DNA of 64,000 nucleotides from an uncultured Oscillospiraceae bacterium. Lineage in GTDB: Bacteria; Bacillota; Clostridia; Oscillospirales; Oscillospiraceae. The DNA lies in the NCBI GenBank assembly GCA_964455425.1, contig CAYVWG010000001.1, forward strand, positions 3,938 through 67,937, given 5' to 3'. The notes under the pieces are model-generated. The model ran no database searches, had not been told where the DNA came from, and worked only from the letters and a program-made list of their open reading frames with translations. The position numbers and the translations under genes are program-made. Below are positions 19,054 through 27,615 of this stretch, piece after piece (position 1 is the first letter of the stretch; each line of letters opens with the position of its first letter).

Positions 19054-19962
19054 GTGCTTTTTATGGCAGAGCAATTTATCATTCCCTCCCCATATGACCA
19101 GTTGCCCCTGGCAGCGAGCTTGATTGCCGCCAAAGAGCCAAAGGCGGTCATTCAGTTTTCTCATGGCATGGTGGAACATAAAGAGCGCTATTACCCCTTT
19201 ATGACCTTTTTGGCGGAAAACGGCTATACCTGCGTTATCCATGACCATAGAGGCCACGGCGCCAGCGTCCGTGACGCCCAGGATTTAGGCTTTTTCTATA
19301 CCAACGACGCCCATGTTATCGCTAAGGATCTTTATACGGTGAATCAGTGGATTGGCAAGCAATATCCAAACTGCCCGATATATTTGTTTTCCCACAGCAT
19401 GGGCACCCTGGTGGCAAGGGTATTTTTACAATCCTGGGATAATCATATCGACAAACTGGTGCTTTGCGGCCCGCCCACTCAAAATCCTTTGGCCGGCGTG
19501 GGCGTTGCGTTAGCCAAGCTCGATTGCTCTCGCCGAGGCGAACGCAATCGCAGCAAGCGCCTGCAGCAGCTGGTTTTTGGTGGCTACAACAAGTTTGAAG
19601 GCCATGAAAACGCTTGGGTGTGTTCCAACATGGAAACCGTCCGCCAGTATAATGCCGATCCGCTTTGTCACTACCAGTTTACCTCCAATGGATTTTTGAA
19701 TCTGTTTGAACTGGTACAGCTGGCGTTTCGGAAGAAGGAATATGGCTGCCAAAATCCCAGCCTGCCCATTTTGATGCTCGCCGGCGGGGACGATCCAGTG
19801 ATTCAAAGCGAAAAAAAATTTGCCCGTCTCAACAAATTCTTCTCCTCTGTGGGCTATCAACATATCATTCGTACAATTTTCCCCGGCAAACGCCATGAGC
19901 TGATCAACGAAACCGGGCATTTGGAAATATGGAGATATCTTTTGAATTTCTTTGAAAAATAG
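19054..19962 (+). CDS. Alpha/beta hydrolase (lysophospholipase / monoacylglycerol-lipase-like)
   Basis: HG oxyanion motif (FSHGMVEH), nucleophile elbow FSHSMGT (GxSxG), C-terminal His region; 302 aa. Confidence 0.85.
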   Translation: MLFMAEQFIIPSPYDQLPLAASLIAAKEPKAVIQFSHGMVEHKERYYPFMTFLAENGYTCVIHDHRGHGASVRDAQDLGFFYTNDAHVIAKDLYTVNQWIGKQYPNCPIYLFSHSMGTLVARVFLQSWDNHIDKLVLCGPPTQNPLAGVGVALAKLDCSRRGERNRSKRLQQLVFGGYNKFEGHENAWVCSNMETVRQYNADPLCHYQFTSNGFLNLFELVQLAFRKKEYGCQNPSLPILMLAGGDDPVIQSEKKFARLNKFFSSVGYQHIIRTIFPGKRHELINETGHLEIWRYLLNFFEK

Positions 19963-20158
19963 TTGTTTGGATTGCACGCCTTGTGCATGCGGCGGCGCTT
20001 TGTGCCCATTGTGAAGCACATTTGCGTCTTTCTTTTGCGTATGGCCCAGATTTTACAGGATGCTGCATAAATTGGCACGGCAAAAAAAGCATAACTCTGT
20101 CGCTTCGGGCAAAAATAGGACTAGCAAAGCCCCAAAAAACACAAGGAGATGAGCGAAA

Positions 20159-20353
20159 GTGAAAAGCAACAACAACGCAGTCGTTCCCGAGGCCAGAGAA
20201 GCTCTGGACAAATTCAAGATGGAAGCCGCTTCTGAGGTTGGCGTAAACCTGAAGCAGGGCTACAACGGCGACCTGACCTCCCGCGAGGCTGGCAGCGTCG
20301 GTGGCCAGATGGTCAAAAAGATGATCGAAGCTTACGAGCGCGGCATGAAGTAA
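20159..20353 (+). CDS. Alpha/beta-type small acid-soluble spore protein
   Basis: 64-aa product with the canonical SASP motifs (ALDKFKMEAASEVGV and REAGSVGGQMVKKMIE). GTG start 10 nt after AAGGAG. Confidence 0.92.
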   Translation: MKSNNNAVVPEAREALDKFKMEAASEVGVNLKQGYNGDLTSREAGSVGGQMVKKMIEAYERGMK

Positions 20354-20394
20354 GTGTTCCTCTGAGGACGCAAAAGGACTGTAGAAAACGGTTC

Positions 20395-20443
20395 AAAAAA
20401 AGAACGCCGAGGGCTGCAAAAACGCAGTATCCTCGGCGTTTTT
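20395..20443. terminator. Bidirectional intrinsic terminator after the SASP gene
   Basis: A7, then stem aacgccgagg / cctcggcgtt, then T5. Confidence 0.75.
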
Positions 20444-20765
20444 GCAGCATCTACGCAGCCGGGAAGACGCGCCTCATGTGTTCCATCGTCCCTGCTGCGT
20501 TGTAGGTACGGTAGCGCGGCCTTACCCTGGCAAGCGGCACAGCGGATCAGCCCGGAGAACCTACAGGTCTTTCCAGCTTAGCCGGCCCGCCCTTGCTTTC
20601 CCAACGCCCTTGTTCTCGGTTTTATTGCCCATTTTGGTGATGGCTGGCCGAGCGCCCCAATATCCGCCGCTTCACCTTTGGATTTTCCCGCCATATTTTG
20701 GCCCTCATGATTTGGTGCCTGCATAGCCTATGCATGGGCATCCGGCCGAGCTTACTCCTTAATTT

Positions 20766-20829
20766 ACAAAAAAGATCATCCATAAGGGACTGCCGCAGAA
20801 TTTCTTTCCGCAGCAGTCCCTTATGGATG
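20766..20829 (-). terminator. Strong intrinsic terminator ending the PqqD/rSAM/HprK-like operon
   Basis: 17-bp perfect stem (catccataagggactgc / gcagtcccttatggatg) starting 4 nt after the PqqD stop, followed on the minus strand by a T6 run. Confidence 0.85.
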
Positions 20830-20833
20830 GTCT

Positions 20834-21094
20834 TCAAATTATGGCCAGGCCACGCAGCTTGCCCATAAATTGGGCAACATCCGCGCGGATCACCTCCATG
20901 GGCGCGTCATACTCGGCGTAAAGGCGCTGCACAATGTCCTCCTCATCCACCGCTTCCGGTAAAAGCGCCCAAATCTCCGCGCCCAGGACATTTAGGGCGA
21001 TGATACCGTTGGTGTCCAGCGCCGTTTTTCCTACCGGAAGCAGGAGCGTTTCTCCGGCAATCTCTCGGAGCGCAAACTCCTTCTTTTGTTTCAC
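20834..21094 (-). CDS. PqqD-family protein (stand-alone RiPP recognition element-like)
   Basis: The 86-aa version starts at the GTG at 21094, which overlaps the rSAM stop (GTGA) and follows GGAGGGG. Sequence ...LREIAGETLLLP......LNVLGAEIWALL......IVQRLYAEYDAP.EVIRADVAQFMGKLRGLAII fits the PqqD pattern. The ORF track extends to 21166. Confidence 0.8.
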   Translation of the reverse strand: MKQKKEFALREIAGETLLLPVGKTALDTNGIIALNVLGAEIWALLPEAVDEEDIVQRLYAEYDAPMEVIRADVAQFMGKLRGLAII

Positions 21095-22224
21095 GGTTCT
21101 TCCCCTCCATAAACGCTCTGCCATAATTCTTGTGTTTTTTGCCAATAGCTGCGATTTAACGCGCAAAGATACGTCGGCTTACGGTCAAAATGCCCCGTTT
21201 CGCCATAGCACATGGCGGCGCAGGCATGGCATAGAAAATACAAATCGCAATTGCTGCATTCCTGGGGCAAACAAATGGCGGCGGTGGCTTTTCGTGTGGC
21301 CTGCCACGCAGCGGCAAAGCCCATGGTCAGCACGTCAAAGGCCGGCTCCGCCATCTGGCCGCAGGGCATCATTTTGCCATCCCATGTCAGCCAGAAGGAG
21401 GTGCTTCCGGCCCGGCACATTACCCCCCTGCCGGGATTTCCTTCGCAGCCGTCGCTGCCTTCGGCTGAGGCAATCCCCCGGTGCATTTGAGACGCTAAAC
21501 GGCAAAATTGCTCCCGTGTCATGGAAAGCAGATTGTACCTTGCCTGGAATTCTCCCGCCTGCTCCGGACGCATACGGCGGTTATCCCCCACCATAGTTTT
21601 ATCCCGGCGAATGGGCGGAAACATATAGGGCGAAGCCTGGGTATGCACGCCCATTGCCTGGGCCTGAGCATACACGGCTTCCATATCGTCCATATTATCC
21701 GGCGTTAGAGACAGGTTGATCTTTACATTCAACCCCGCTTTACGCAGCTGCTGAATATTGTTCACAATACGGTCATAGGCGGCGACGCCGCACATCCGCT
21801 GATAGGTATCATTGCTCGTTCCATAGAGAGAAATATTGACGCGGGTTGGCACTTCCTCGCAAAGCAACGCCAGGATCTTATCCTGCAGCAGATAGCCGTT
21901 GGAGTTGATCGAGATCATAAATCCCATCTTTTTCAGCTGCCGGTAAATCTCGGGAAAATCCGGGCGCAGGGTTGGCTCACCGCCGGTCAAAAGCAGAAAT
22001 ACCGTGCCGGCTTCCTTAGCTTTCCGACCAATATCCAACCACTGGGCGGCAGAAAGCTCCTTTCCCCGGCGCTGCTGCTCAGCTTTTGTAAGGTGGACAT
22101 AGCACATGGCACAGTTAAAATTGCATCTTGCCGTAAGCTCAAAGGTGCCAGAAACCGGCAACCCCAACCGACGGCCCCGACTATGTAAATGCCTTGACAG
22201 CATAGGTTCAACAGCGTGTTCCAC
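21091..22224 (-). CDS. Radical SAM enzyme with C-terminal SPASM-like Cys-rich domain
   Basis: CNFNCAMC (CxxxCxxC) near the N-terminus, a GGEP motif, and C-terminal Cys clusters (CRAGSTSF...PCG, CSNCDLYFLCHACAAMC). Probable GTG start at 22224 after GAGAGGAA, overlapping the upstream TAG. The ORF-track start at 22260 is also possible. Confidence 0.88.
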   Translation of the reverse strand: MEHAVEPMLSRHLHSRGRRLGLPVSGTFELTARCNFNCAMCYVHLTKAEQQRRGKELSAAQWLDIGRKAKEAGTVFLLLTGGEPTLRPDFPEIYRQLKKMGFMISINSNGYLLQDKILALLCEEVPTRVNISLYGTSNDTYQRMCGVAAYDRIVNNIQQLRKAGLNVKINLSLTPDNMDDMEAVYAQAQAMGVHTQASPYMFPPIRRDKTMVGDNRRMRPEQAGEFQARYNLLSMTREQFCRLASQMHRGIASAEGSDGCEGNPGRGVMCRAGSTSFWLTWDGKMMPCGQMAEPAFDVLTMGFAAAWQATRKATAAICLPQECSNCDLYFLCHACAAMCYGETGHFDRKPTYLCALNRSYWQKTQELWQSVYGGEEP

Positions 22225-23093
22225 TAGGCGTTCCTCTCTTCTAAGGCGGCTTGTAAACATTCAACGGCAGACACATCCGGCAGGCAGGCCAAATGGTATA
22301 CCGGCAGATGGAGGATCAGTCGCTCCACCACATTTAGGGCACGGTGGATATCCTGATCATTCCATTTTTGCATGCTGATTTGGCCCAGCAGCGCCGGAAC
22401 GGCGGCGGATGGCCGCATCCGCTGGGCTACATTTTCCTTACCTTGGCTAAGCACCACGATGGCCCGGATGGGCAAGGCAAAATTCTTACAAATGCCAGAG
22501 GTACCCGCATAGGGCAGGCCGCAGGCCAACTCCTGGCCGTTTTTGCTGCAAAGCAGAACTCTATCTCCGTTTACGATCTCTGCGCCACGATAGCGTCTCC
22601 ACAATTCTGCTTGTGTGGATTTGCCCGTGCCGCTGGGCGCGGAGAATAAAATGGCCTGTCCTTCCACTTGAATGACCGACGCATGCAAGATGGCACGGTG
22701 GTGGGCCAGCAGCAGACTTTCCATCATGATACTGGAAAGCACATTTTCCATATGAAATGTGCTGTTGGGCAACAAAACCTGCAAGCTACACTGATCCGGC
22801 GTATTGCGGTCGATATGCAAAATCCCATAGGCCCAGGTTTTCAGCTCGCCAAAGCTGCTGCACTCCACCCACAGCCGGCTGCCCCTACTATGCACCCGGT
22901 AAAAGGTATCCTCGTAGAGCACATCTTCCGGAAGATCCACAACCGGGTCGTGATAGATCCGCACCGTGATTTCCGCTCTCCCATGGGGCACAACAAAGGC
23001 AGGCAAAAAGGAATTCTCCCACATGGGCGGCACCATGCCGGTAAAGGCAATCGTCAGTCCGCCCAGGCAGATCAGCAATGGGTCATTCCTCAT
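22224..23093 (-). CDS. HPr-kinase-C-terminal-like P-loop protein (ScmC / HprK-related kinase-like)
   Basis: Walker A motif FSAPSGTGKST followed by GDRVLL, as in the HprK/P C-terminal domain; the N-terminal half is not recognised. ATG at 23093 chosen (MRNDPLLI...), overlapping the upstream gene by 11 nt. Confidence 0.7.
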   Translation of the reverse strand: MRNDPLLICLGGLTIAFTGMVPPMWENSFLPAFVVPHGRAEITVRIYHDPVVDLPEDVLYEDTFYRVHSRGSRLWVECSSFGELKTWAYGILHIDRNTPDQCSLQVLLPNSTFHMENVLSSIMMESLLLAHHRAILHASVIQVEGQAILFSAPSGTGKSTQAELWRRYRGAEIVNGDRVLLCSKNGQELACGLPYAGTSGICKNFALPIRAIVVLSQGKENVAQRMRPSAAVPALLGQISMQKWNDQDIHRALNVVERLILHLPVYHLACLPDVSAVECLQAALEERNA

Positions 23094-23820
23094 ACGCCAT
23101 ATACATAACCACGGTATCTGCGGCGGAGGCATGGCTTTGGATGCTCTGTCCTATGGCCTCATTGGCCAGGCCGCTGAATCTTGCCCGGTAGGTAATGCCG
23201 CCCATATAGACGCCGTTTTGGTAAGTCTTGTAATACACAAAAATTTCGCTGGCAAAGTCCCTGCCGGAAATATTGACAATATTGATCACGCCGTCTCCAA
23301 GATGGATCTCAAAGGCGGAGGCATAGTCCATGATGACATCAAAGGCCTTGGCAAGCTCGGTAACCTGGGGATCGCTCATTTCGTCATAGCCCCGGCGATC
23401 CTTTTCCAGCACCAGCACATAGGCGTTGGACGGTAGCGCCGTGAAGACAAAGGTACAGGTCTTTTCGCCGTCCTGGGCGGTCACCTCCCCGTACTCCACC
23501 AGCTCTGTGCCAATATTTTGCACGATCAGCGCCAATACGCTGTCCACCGCTTCGTCAGAGCCATCCTCCAGGAAGGGGCCGCTATAGCTGCCGGCAGATA
23601 CAATATTCAACTCGCCGATCGCCGTAGGTATCCAATTCTCCTGGGGCGTAAACCCGGCAATGTCCCCCAGGTTCAGTTCCATGGTATCCGGGGGCTGGGT
23701 ATCGGCAGCCGGCAAAGACTGGCTGTCTGTGCCGCCCTTCAACAGCAACACACATACTGCCAGCCCAGCAAGCAAAAGGACGCCAATCACCGATATCGTT
23801 AGCCATGTGCTTTTCTTCAT
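23083..23820 (-). CDS. Hypothetical membrane-anchored (single N-terminal TM helix) extracytoplasmic protein; first gene of the cassette
   Basis: Start at the ATG at 23820 (MKKSTWLTISVIGVLLLAGLAVCVLLL) after GGAAGGAAA. No family recognised. Confidence 0.7.
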   Translation of the reverse strand: MKKSTWLTISVIGVLLLAGLAVCVLLLKGGTDSQSLPAADTQPPDTMELNLGDIAGFTPQENWIPTAIGELNIVSAGSYSGPFLEDGSDEAVDSVLALIVQNIGTELVEYGEVTAQDGEKTCTFVFTALPSNAYVLVLEKDRRGYDEMSDPQVTELAKAFDVIMDYASAFEIHLGDGVINIVNISGRDFASEIFVYYKTYQNGVYMGGITYRARFSGLANEAIGQSIQSHASAADTVVMYMAYEE

Positions 23821-24078
23821 GGGCAAATTTCCTTCCCATTCGTCAATTTGCTTGATTAGCGTATGAAATCCGCCATTTTCCAACCCGTGTTTGGCTGCAC
23901 AGCAAAACAAGAAAAAAATCCAGGCGTTCGACCCACCCCATGGGCAAGTATCGGGGCTTCTGTGAAGATTGGGTGATCTGCCACTTCCAGGTAGACGGGG
24001 AAAACATCAAAACTCGTTCCCTAGACGGGACAGATCCAATTGCTTCCCCATCGGCCCCAACAAAGGATATCCGTTTTC

Positions 24079-26574
24079 TCATGGAAGCTCTTCTTCCACC
24101 GGCGGGGAAGCCGGTGGGGAAGCCAACGGCGCGCCGCCCTGCATGGCCTGCCACTGCTCTTTGGTAATCAGCAGCTGCCGGGGCTTTGAGCCTTCAAACG
24201 GCCCCACGATCCCCTTTTCCTCCATTTCATCCACAATCCGCGCCGCCCGGGCATAGCCCAGCTTTAGCCGCCGCTGCAGCATAGATACGGACGCCTGGCC
24301 GGTTTCCAAGATCACCTCCACCGCCGCCGGCAGAAGCTCGTCGCCTTCGTGGCTTTCCCCACCAGTGGCAGCAGCGCTTTGTCCACCGCCCTTGCCGGTT
24401 TGGGCCGCTTTCAGGTCGATTTGGGCCTGCACTTCCTCGGAGTAGTTTGCCTCGCTGTGGCTCTTGGTAAACTCCACAACGGCTTGTACTTCCTCATCGG
24501 TGATAAAGCAGCCCTGCACCCGTTTGGGTCGGCCCTTTCCCAAGGGCGCAAAGAGCATATCGCCCCGGCCAACCAGCTTTTCCGCGCCCATGGTGTCCAA
24601 AATGATCCGAGACTCCATGGCGGAGGATACCGCAAACGCAATGCGGGAAGGAATGTTGGCCTTCATCAAGCCGGTGATGACGTCCGCCGAAGGCCGCTGT
24701 GTGGCAATGACCAGATGGATGCCGGCGGCACGGCCCATCTGGGCAATGCGGCAGATGGATTCTTCCACCTCTTTGGCCGCTACAAGCATCAGGTCGGCCA
24801 GCTCGTCGATCACCACAACAATCTGCTCCAGCTCCGGCCCTTCCTCGATGCTGCGCATCTGCCGGTTATAGGATTCCAAATCTCGAACGCCAGCCTCCGA
24901 CATCAGCCGGTAGCGGCGCATCATCTCTGTTACCGTCCACTGGAGCGACCCGGCGGCCTTTTTCGCGTCGGTGACCACAGGGATCAGCAGATGGGGGATG
25001 CCGTTATACACACCAAACTCCACCATCTTGGGGTCGATCATGATCAGCCGTATCTCTGCCGGCGTAGCTTTATACAGAAGGGAGATGATCAAGCTGTTCA
25101 TGCACACCGATTTACCAGAGCCGGTGGTACCGGCAATCAGCAAATGGGGCAGACAGGAAATATCGCCTATAATGCAGTTGCCGCTGATGTCCTTCCCTAC
25201 GGCAAAGGAGGTTTTGGATTTTGCCCGGGCAAAGTCTGACGAGCCGATCACATCCCGGGCTTGCACCACGCTGACCAGTTTATTGGGCACCTCGATGCCC
25301 ACAACAGAGATCTTGTCCGGTATGGCGGAAATCCGCACGCTGGGCGCGCCCAAAGACAGGGCAATATCATCTGCCAAACCGGTAAGCCGGTTGAGCCGCA
25401 CCCCCTGGGCCAGCTCCAACTCATACATGGTCACCGATGGTCCCCGAATCACGTTGATGATCTGGGCATCCACATTGAAGCAGGAAAGGGTATCCTGCAG
25501 GCGCTTGGCGTTATCCCGCATTTCCGCGGTGCCGTCCACCGCGCCGGGCTTGGCCTCCCGCAGAAGCTCGATGGGCGGATAGGTATATGTCTCCTTAGGC
25601 TGCTCCTGCGCCTGCACGATCTCCGCGGCCACTTCCGCTGCCGCCTGTTTGGCCTGCTCATGGCTGATTTTTTCCCCTGCCTCTTCCTGGCTGGGCAGGG
25701 GCAGCGGCTCCTGGACATCCAAAGGCAAAGGCAGATCCTCCGTCTGGGCAGGCTTTTCCTCCTCGCCGAGGGCCGCTCTTCGGCCTTCTTCGACATATTC
25801 ATCCGGCGATTTCAGCTTTTTCTTCGGTTTGCTCGCTTTTGCCGGGCGAACCTTCGGGGTCAGCGGATCGTCCACCGGCAGATCGTAGTCAATAGAAACC
25901 TTGTTCAGCCGCCGCTCCGCCCGTCGTTGGGCCACATGCTCCACGATCACCTCTGCCGGCTCCCGCCGCTGCCGCTGGGGAAGGTTTTCCTTGGCCTGCC
26001 GCTCCCGGTGCTTGTTGATGGCCCGCAAAAGCCCGGTAATGGTCAAATTTAAGGAAGCAAGCAAAGTGACGATCAAAAGAAGAATACACACCGCCCAGGC
26101 CACGGCTTTACCGCCGATACTGCTAAAGGCTAAGGCGATCAGGCCGCCGATGATGCCGCCGGAGTCACCAGCCACACCCTCTGTATAGAGGGTAGGAAAC
26201 AAGTGGCTGTTCCACGCGGCGTCAGATGCGTTTATGGCCAAATGGCCAATGGCAGAAACCACAAAGGCAAAGGCCAGAGAGCATACCACCCGCCACGCCA
26301 CCTTTTGACCGCCATGAAAGACCAGCGCAACAAAGCACAGCAAAAGCCCCACCGGCAGGACATATAGCCCCACATCTCCCACAAGACCCATAAATAGCCG
26401 TGCCAGGGCGCTGCGCTTATCAAACACACTAAGAGCGACCAAAATGGCCAGCAGCAGGCAGATTACTCCCCAAATCTCCCGATAAAATTTGCGGTAAAGG
26501 CCAAGCTGCTCCCCCTTGGAGGGAGGTCTTTTGCTTGCCGTCTTTTTTGGTTTATTGCTATTCTTTCCAGCCAT
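24079..26574 (-). CDS. ftsK: DNA translocase FtsK/SpoIIIE
   Basis: N-terminal TM segments, acidic/Pro linker, motor domain with Walker A GTTGSGKS, and a C-terminal gamma winged-helix (LQRRLKLGYARAARIVDEME). ATG at 26574 preferred (AGGAGA upstream) over the TTG at 26619. Confidence 0.95.
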   Translation of the reverse strand: MAGKNSNKPKKTASKRPPSKGEQLGLYRKFYREIWGVICLLLAILVALSVFDKRSALARLFMGLVGDVGLYVLPVGLLLCFVALVFHGGQKVAWRVVCSLAFAFVVSAIGHLAINASDAAWNSHLFPTLYTEGVAGDSGGIIGGLIALAFSSIGGKAVAWAVCILLLIVTLLASLNLTITGLLRAINKHRERQAKENLPQRQRREPAEVIVEHVAQRRAERRLNKVSIDYDLPVDDPLTPKVRPAKASKPKKKLKSPDEYVEEGRRAALGEEEKPAQTEDLPLPLDVQEPLPLPSQEEAGEKISHEQAKQAAAEVAAEIVQAQEQPKETYTYPPIELLREAKPGAVDGTAEMRDNAKRLQDTLSCFNVDAQIINVIRGPSVTMYELELAQGVRLNRLTGLADDIALSLGAPSVRISAIPDKISVVGIEVPNKLVSVVQARDVIGSSDFARAKSKTSFAVGKDISGNCIIGDISCLPHLLIAGTTGSGKSVCMNSLIISLLYKATPAEIRLIMIDPKMVEFGVYNGIPHLLIPVVTDAKKAAGSLQWTVTEMMRRYRLMSEAGVRDLESYNRQMRSIEEGPELEQIVVVIDELADLMLVAAKEVEESICRIAQMGRAAGIHLVIATQRPSADVITGLMKANIPSRIAFAVSSAMESRIILDTMGAEKLVGRGDMLFAPLGKGRPKRVQGCFITDEEVQAVVEFTKSHSEANYSEEVQAQIDLKAAQTGKGGGQSAAATGGESHEGDELLPAAVEVILETGQASVSMLQRRLKLGYARAARIVDEMEEKGIVGPFEGSKPRQLLITKEQWQAMQGGAPLASPPASPPVEEELP

Positions 26575-26611
26575 TCGCTTATGTATCTCCTGTCCTATTT
26601 GGAATATTGTC

Positions 26612-27454
26612 TTAGCCAATCAGGGAGATAAACAGTGCCACCAGACCTACGCCCCAGCAATAAAACGCAAATCCGCCAAAACGATTCTTCTTGGCAATGT
26701 ACTCCAGAAAATGAATGGCAAAATATCCGCACACACCGGCTACCACCATGCCCAAAAGGCAAATGCCCACATTCAGGCCTCCAAGACCTACCTGCACCAC
26801 ATCGATTAGCTCCAGCAGCGCGGCGGCAAGGATCGTGGGAATTGACATCAGAAATGAAAACTGCACGGCGAAGCTTCGGTCAAGCCCCCGGAAAACACCG
26901 GCACAGATGGTCGTCCCAGAGCGGGACAGCCCCGGCACCACCGCCAGTGCCTGCCCCGCGCCTACTACGATCGCGTCCAAAACGGTCATGTCCTTGCCGT
27001 CTTTTTTCCCCTTCTTAACCCGGTCGCTGAGAAACAGAAGCAGGCCGGTAAATAGCAGCATAGCGCCAATAAAAATCATACCAAAGGATTTGGACGCAAT
27101 GCTCTCTATGTATCCCTTAAAGGGGACGATCACCACCAGCGGCAGCAGGGAAAGCACCAGCATCAGCATCAGCCGGCGGGCAGGGATATCCGCCCTTTGG
27201 CCTGCCGGCGTTTTTTTCAAGTGCAGCATCCGCAGCAGTTCATTAAGAATAGAGCCAATGACCTTGCGATAAACGATAACCACCGCCACTAAGGTGCCAA
27301 AATGAAGCATCACATCAAAAAATGTAAAATTTCCCTCCACATCATTAAGGCCCATAAGGGCCTCAACGAGCTTTAAGTGGCCTGAGCTGGATATGGGTAA
27401 AAATTCCGCCACACCTTGCACCAGGCCAAGGATAATTGCTTGCAGCCAGGACAT
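26612..27454 (-). CDS. uppP: Undecaprenyl-diphosphate phosphatase
   Basis: The BacA/UppP signature VAEFLPISSSGH and PGLSRSG.T motifs; 8-TM profile. Confidence 0.95.
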   Translation of the reverse strand: MSWLQAIILGLVQGVAEFLPISSSGHLKLVEALMGLNDVEGNFTFFDVMLHFGTLVAVVIVYRKVIGSILNELLRMLHLKKTPAGQRADIPARRLMLMLVLSLLPLVVIVPFKGYIESIASKSFGMIFIGAMLLFTGLLLFLSDRVKKGKKDGKDMTVLDAIVVGAGQALAVVPGLSRSGTTICAGVFRGLDRSFAVQFSFLMSIPTILAAALLELIDVVQVGLGGLNVGICLLGMVVAGVCGYFAIHFLEYIAKKNRFGGFAFYCWGVGLVALFISLIG

Positions 27455-27615
27455 AATGTATCCTCCCTATGTTTGTTTGTACAGCGGGAAAACCACGAAA
27501 TCCACATGGACAAACGTCGGGGCGGACATACTTCGCATCTTCCCGGCAGCCCAAGCGGGGCTTTCCCGTCAAAAAAATAGTTGGCATAATCAAAACATAG
27601 TAATTATAGCACAGC

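Noticed and set aside
20040-20158. Forespore (sigma-G type) promoter upstream of the SASP gene (GCATA ... CATAACT)
   Set aside because: The candidate elements are about 20 nt apart rather than the 17-18 nt I recall for sigma-G. That is too uncertain to call without a position weight matrix.
20442-20726. 94-aa plus-strand ORF and 71-aa minus-strand ORF (20622-20837) in the orphan region
   Set aside because: The plus ORF starts inside the terminator T-tract and has a Pro/Arg-rich non-protein-like composition. The minus ORF begins upstream of and runs through the cassette terminator. Neither has a credible RBS at the listed start.
20444-20767. Tested the orphan region by eye for SRP RNA, RNase P RNA, tmRNA and T-box signatures
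   Set aside because: I found no GGAAGCAGC-type SRP helix 8 motif, no GAGGAAAGTCCGGGC RNase P core, no tmRNA ends and no T-box sequence. 6S RNA or another class cannot be excluded without a covariance-model search.
23843-24082. 79-codon ORF whose ATG overlaps the ftsK stop (ATGA), lying just upstream of the rSAM cassette; considered as a possible precursor peptide
   Set aside because: By hand count the third-position GC is only about 50 percent, against visibly higher values in neighbouring genes. There is no SD beyond the coupling. The composition is Trp/Arg/Ser-rich and atypical, and the segment looks intergenic (an A7 run and direct repeats of cccgtcta). It stays an untested possibility only.
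26575-26619. TTG-extended FtsK start overlapping the uppP stop
   Set aside because: There is no RBS upstream of the TTG. The internal ATG at 26574 is preceded by AGGAGA at suitable spacing. The extension is possible but less likely.
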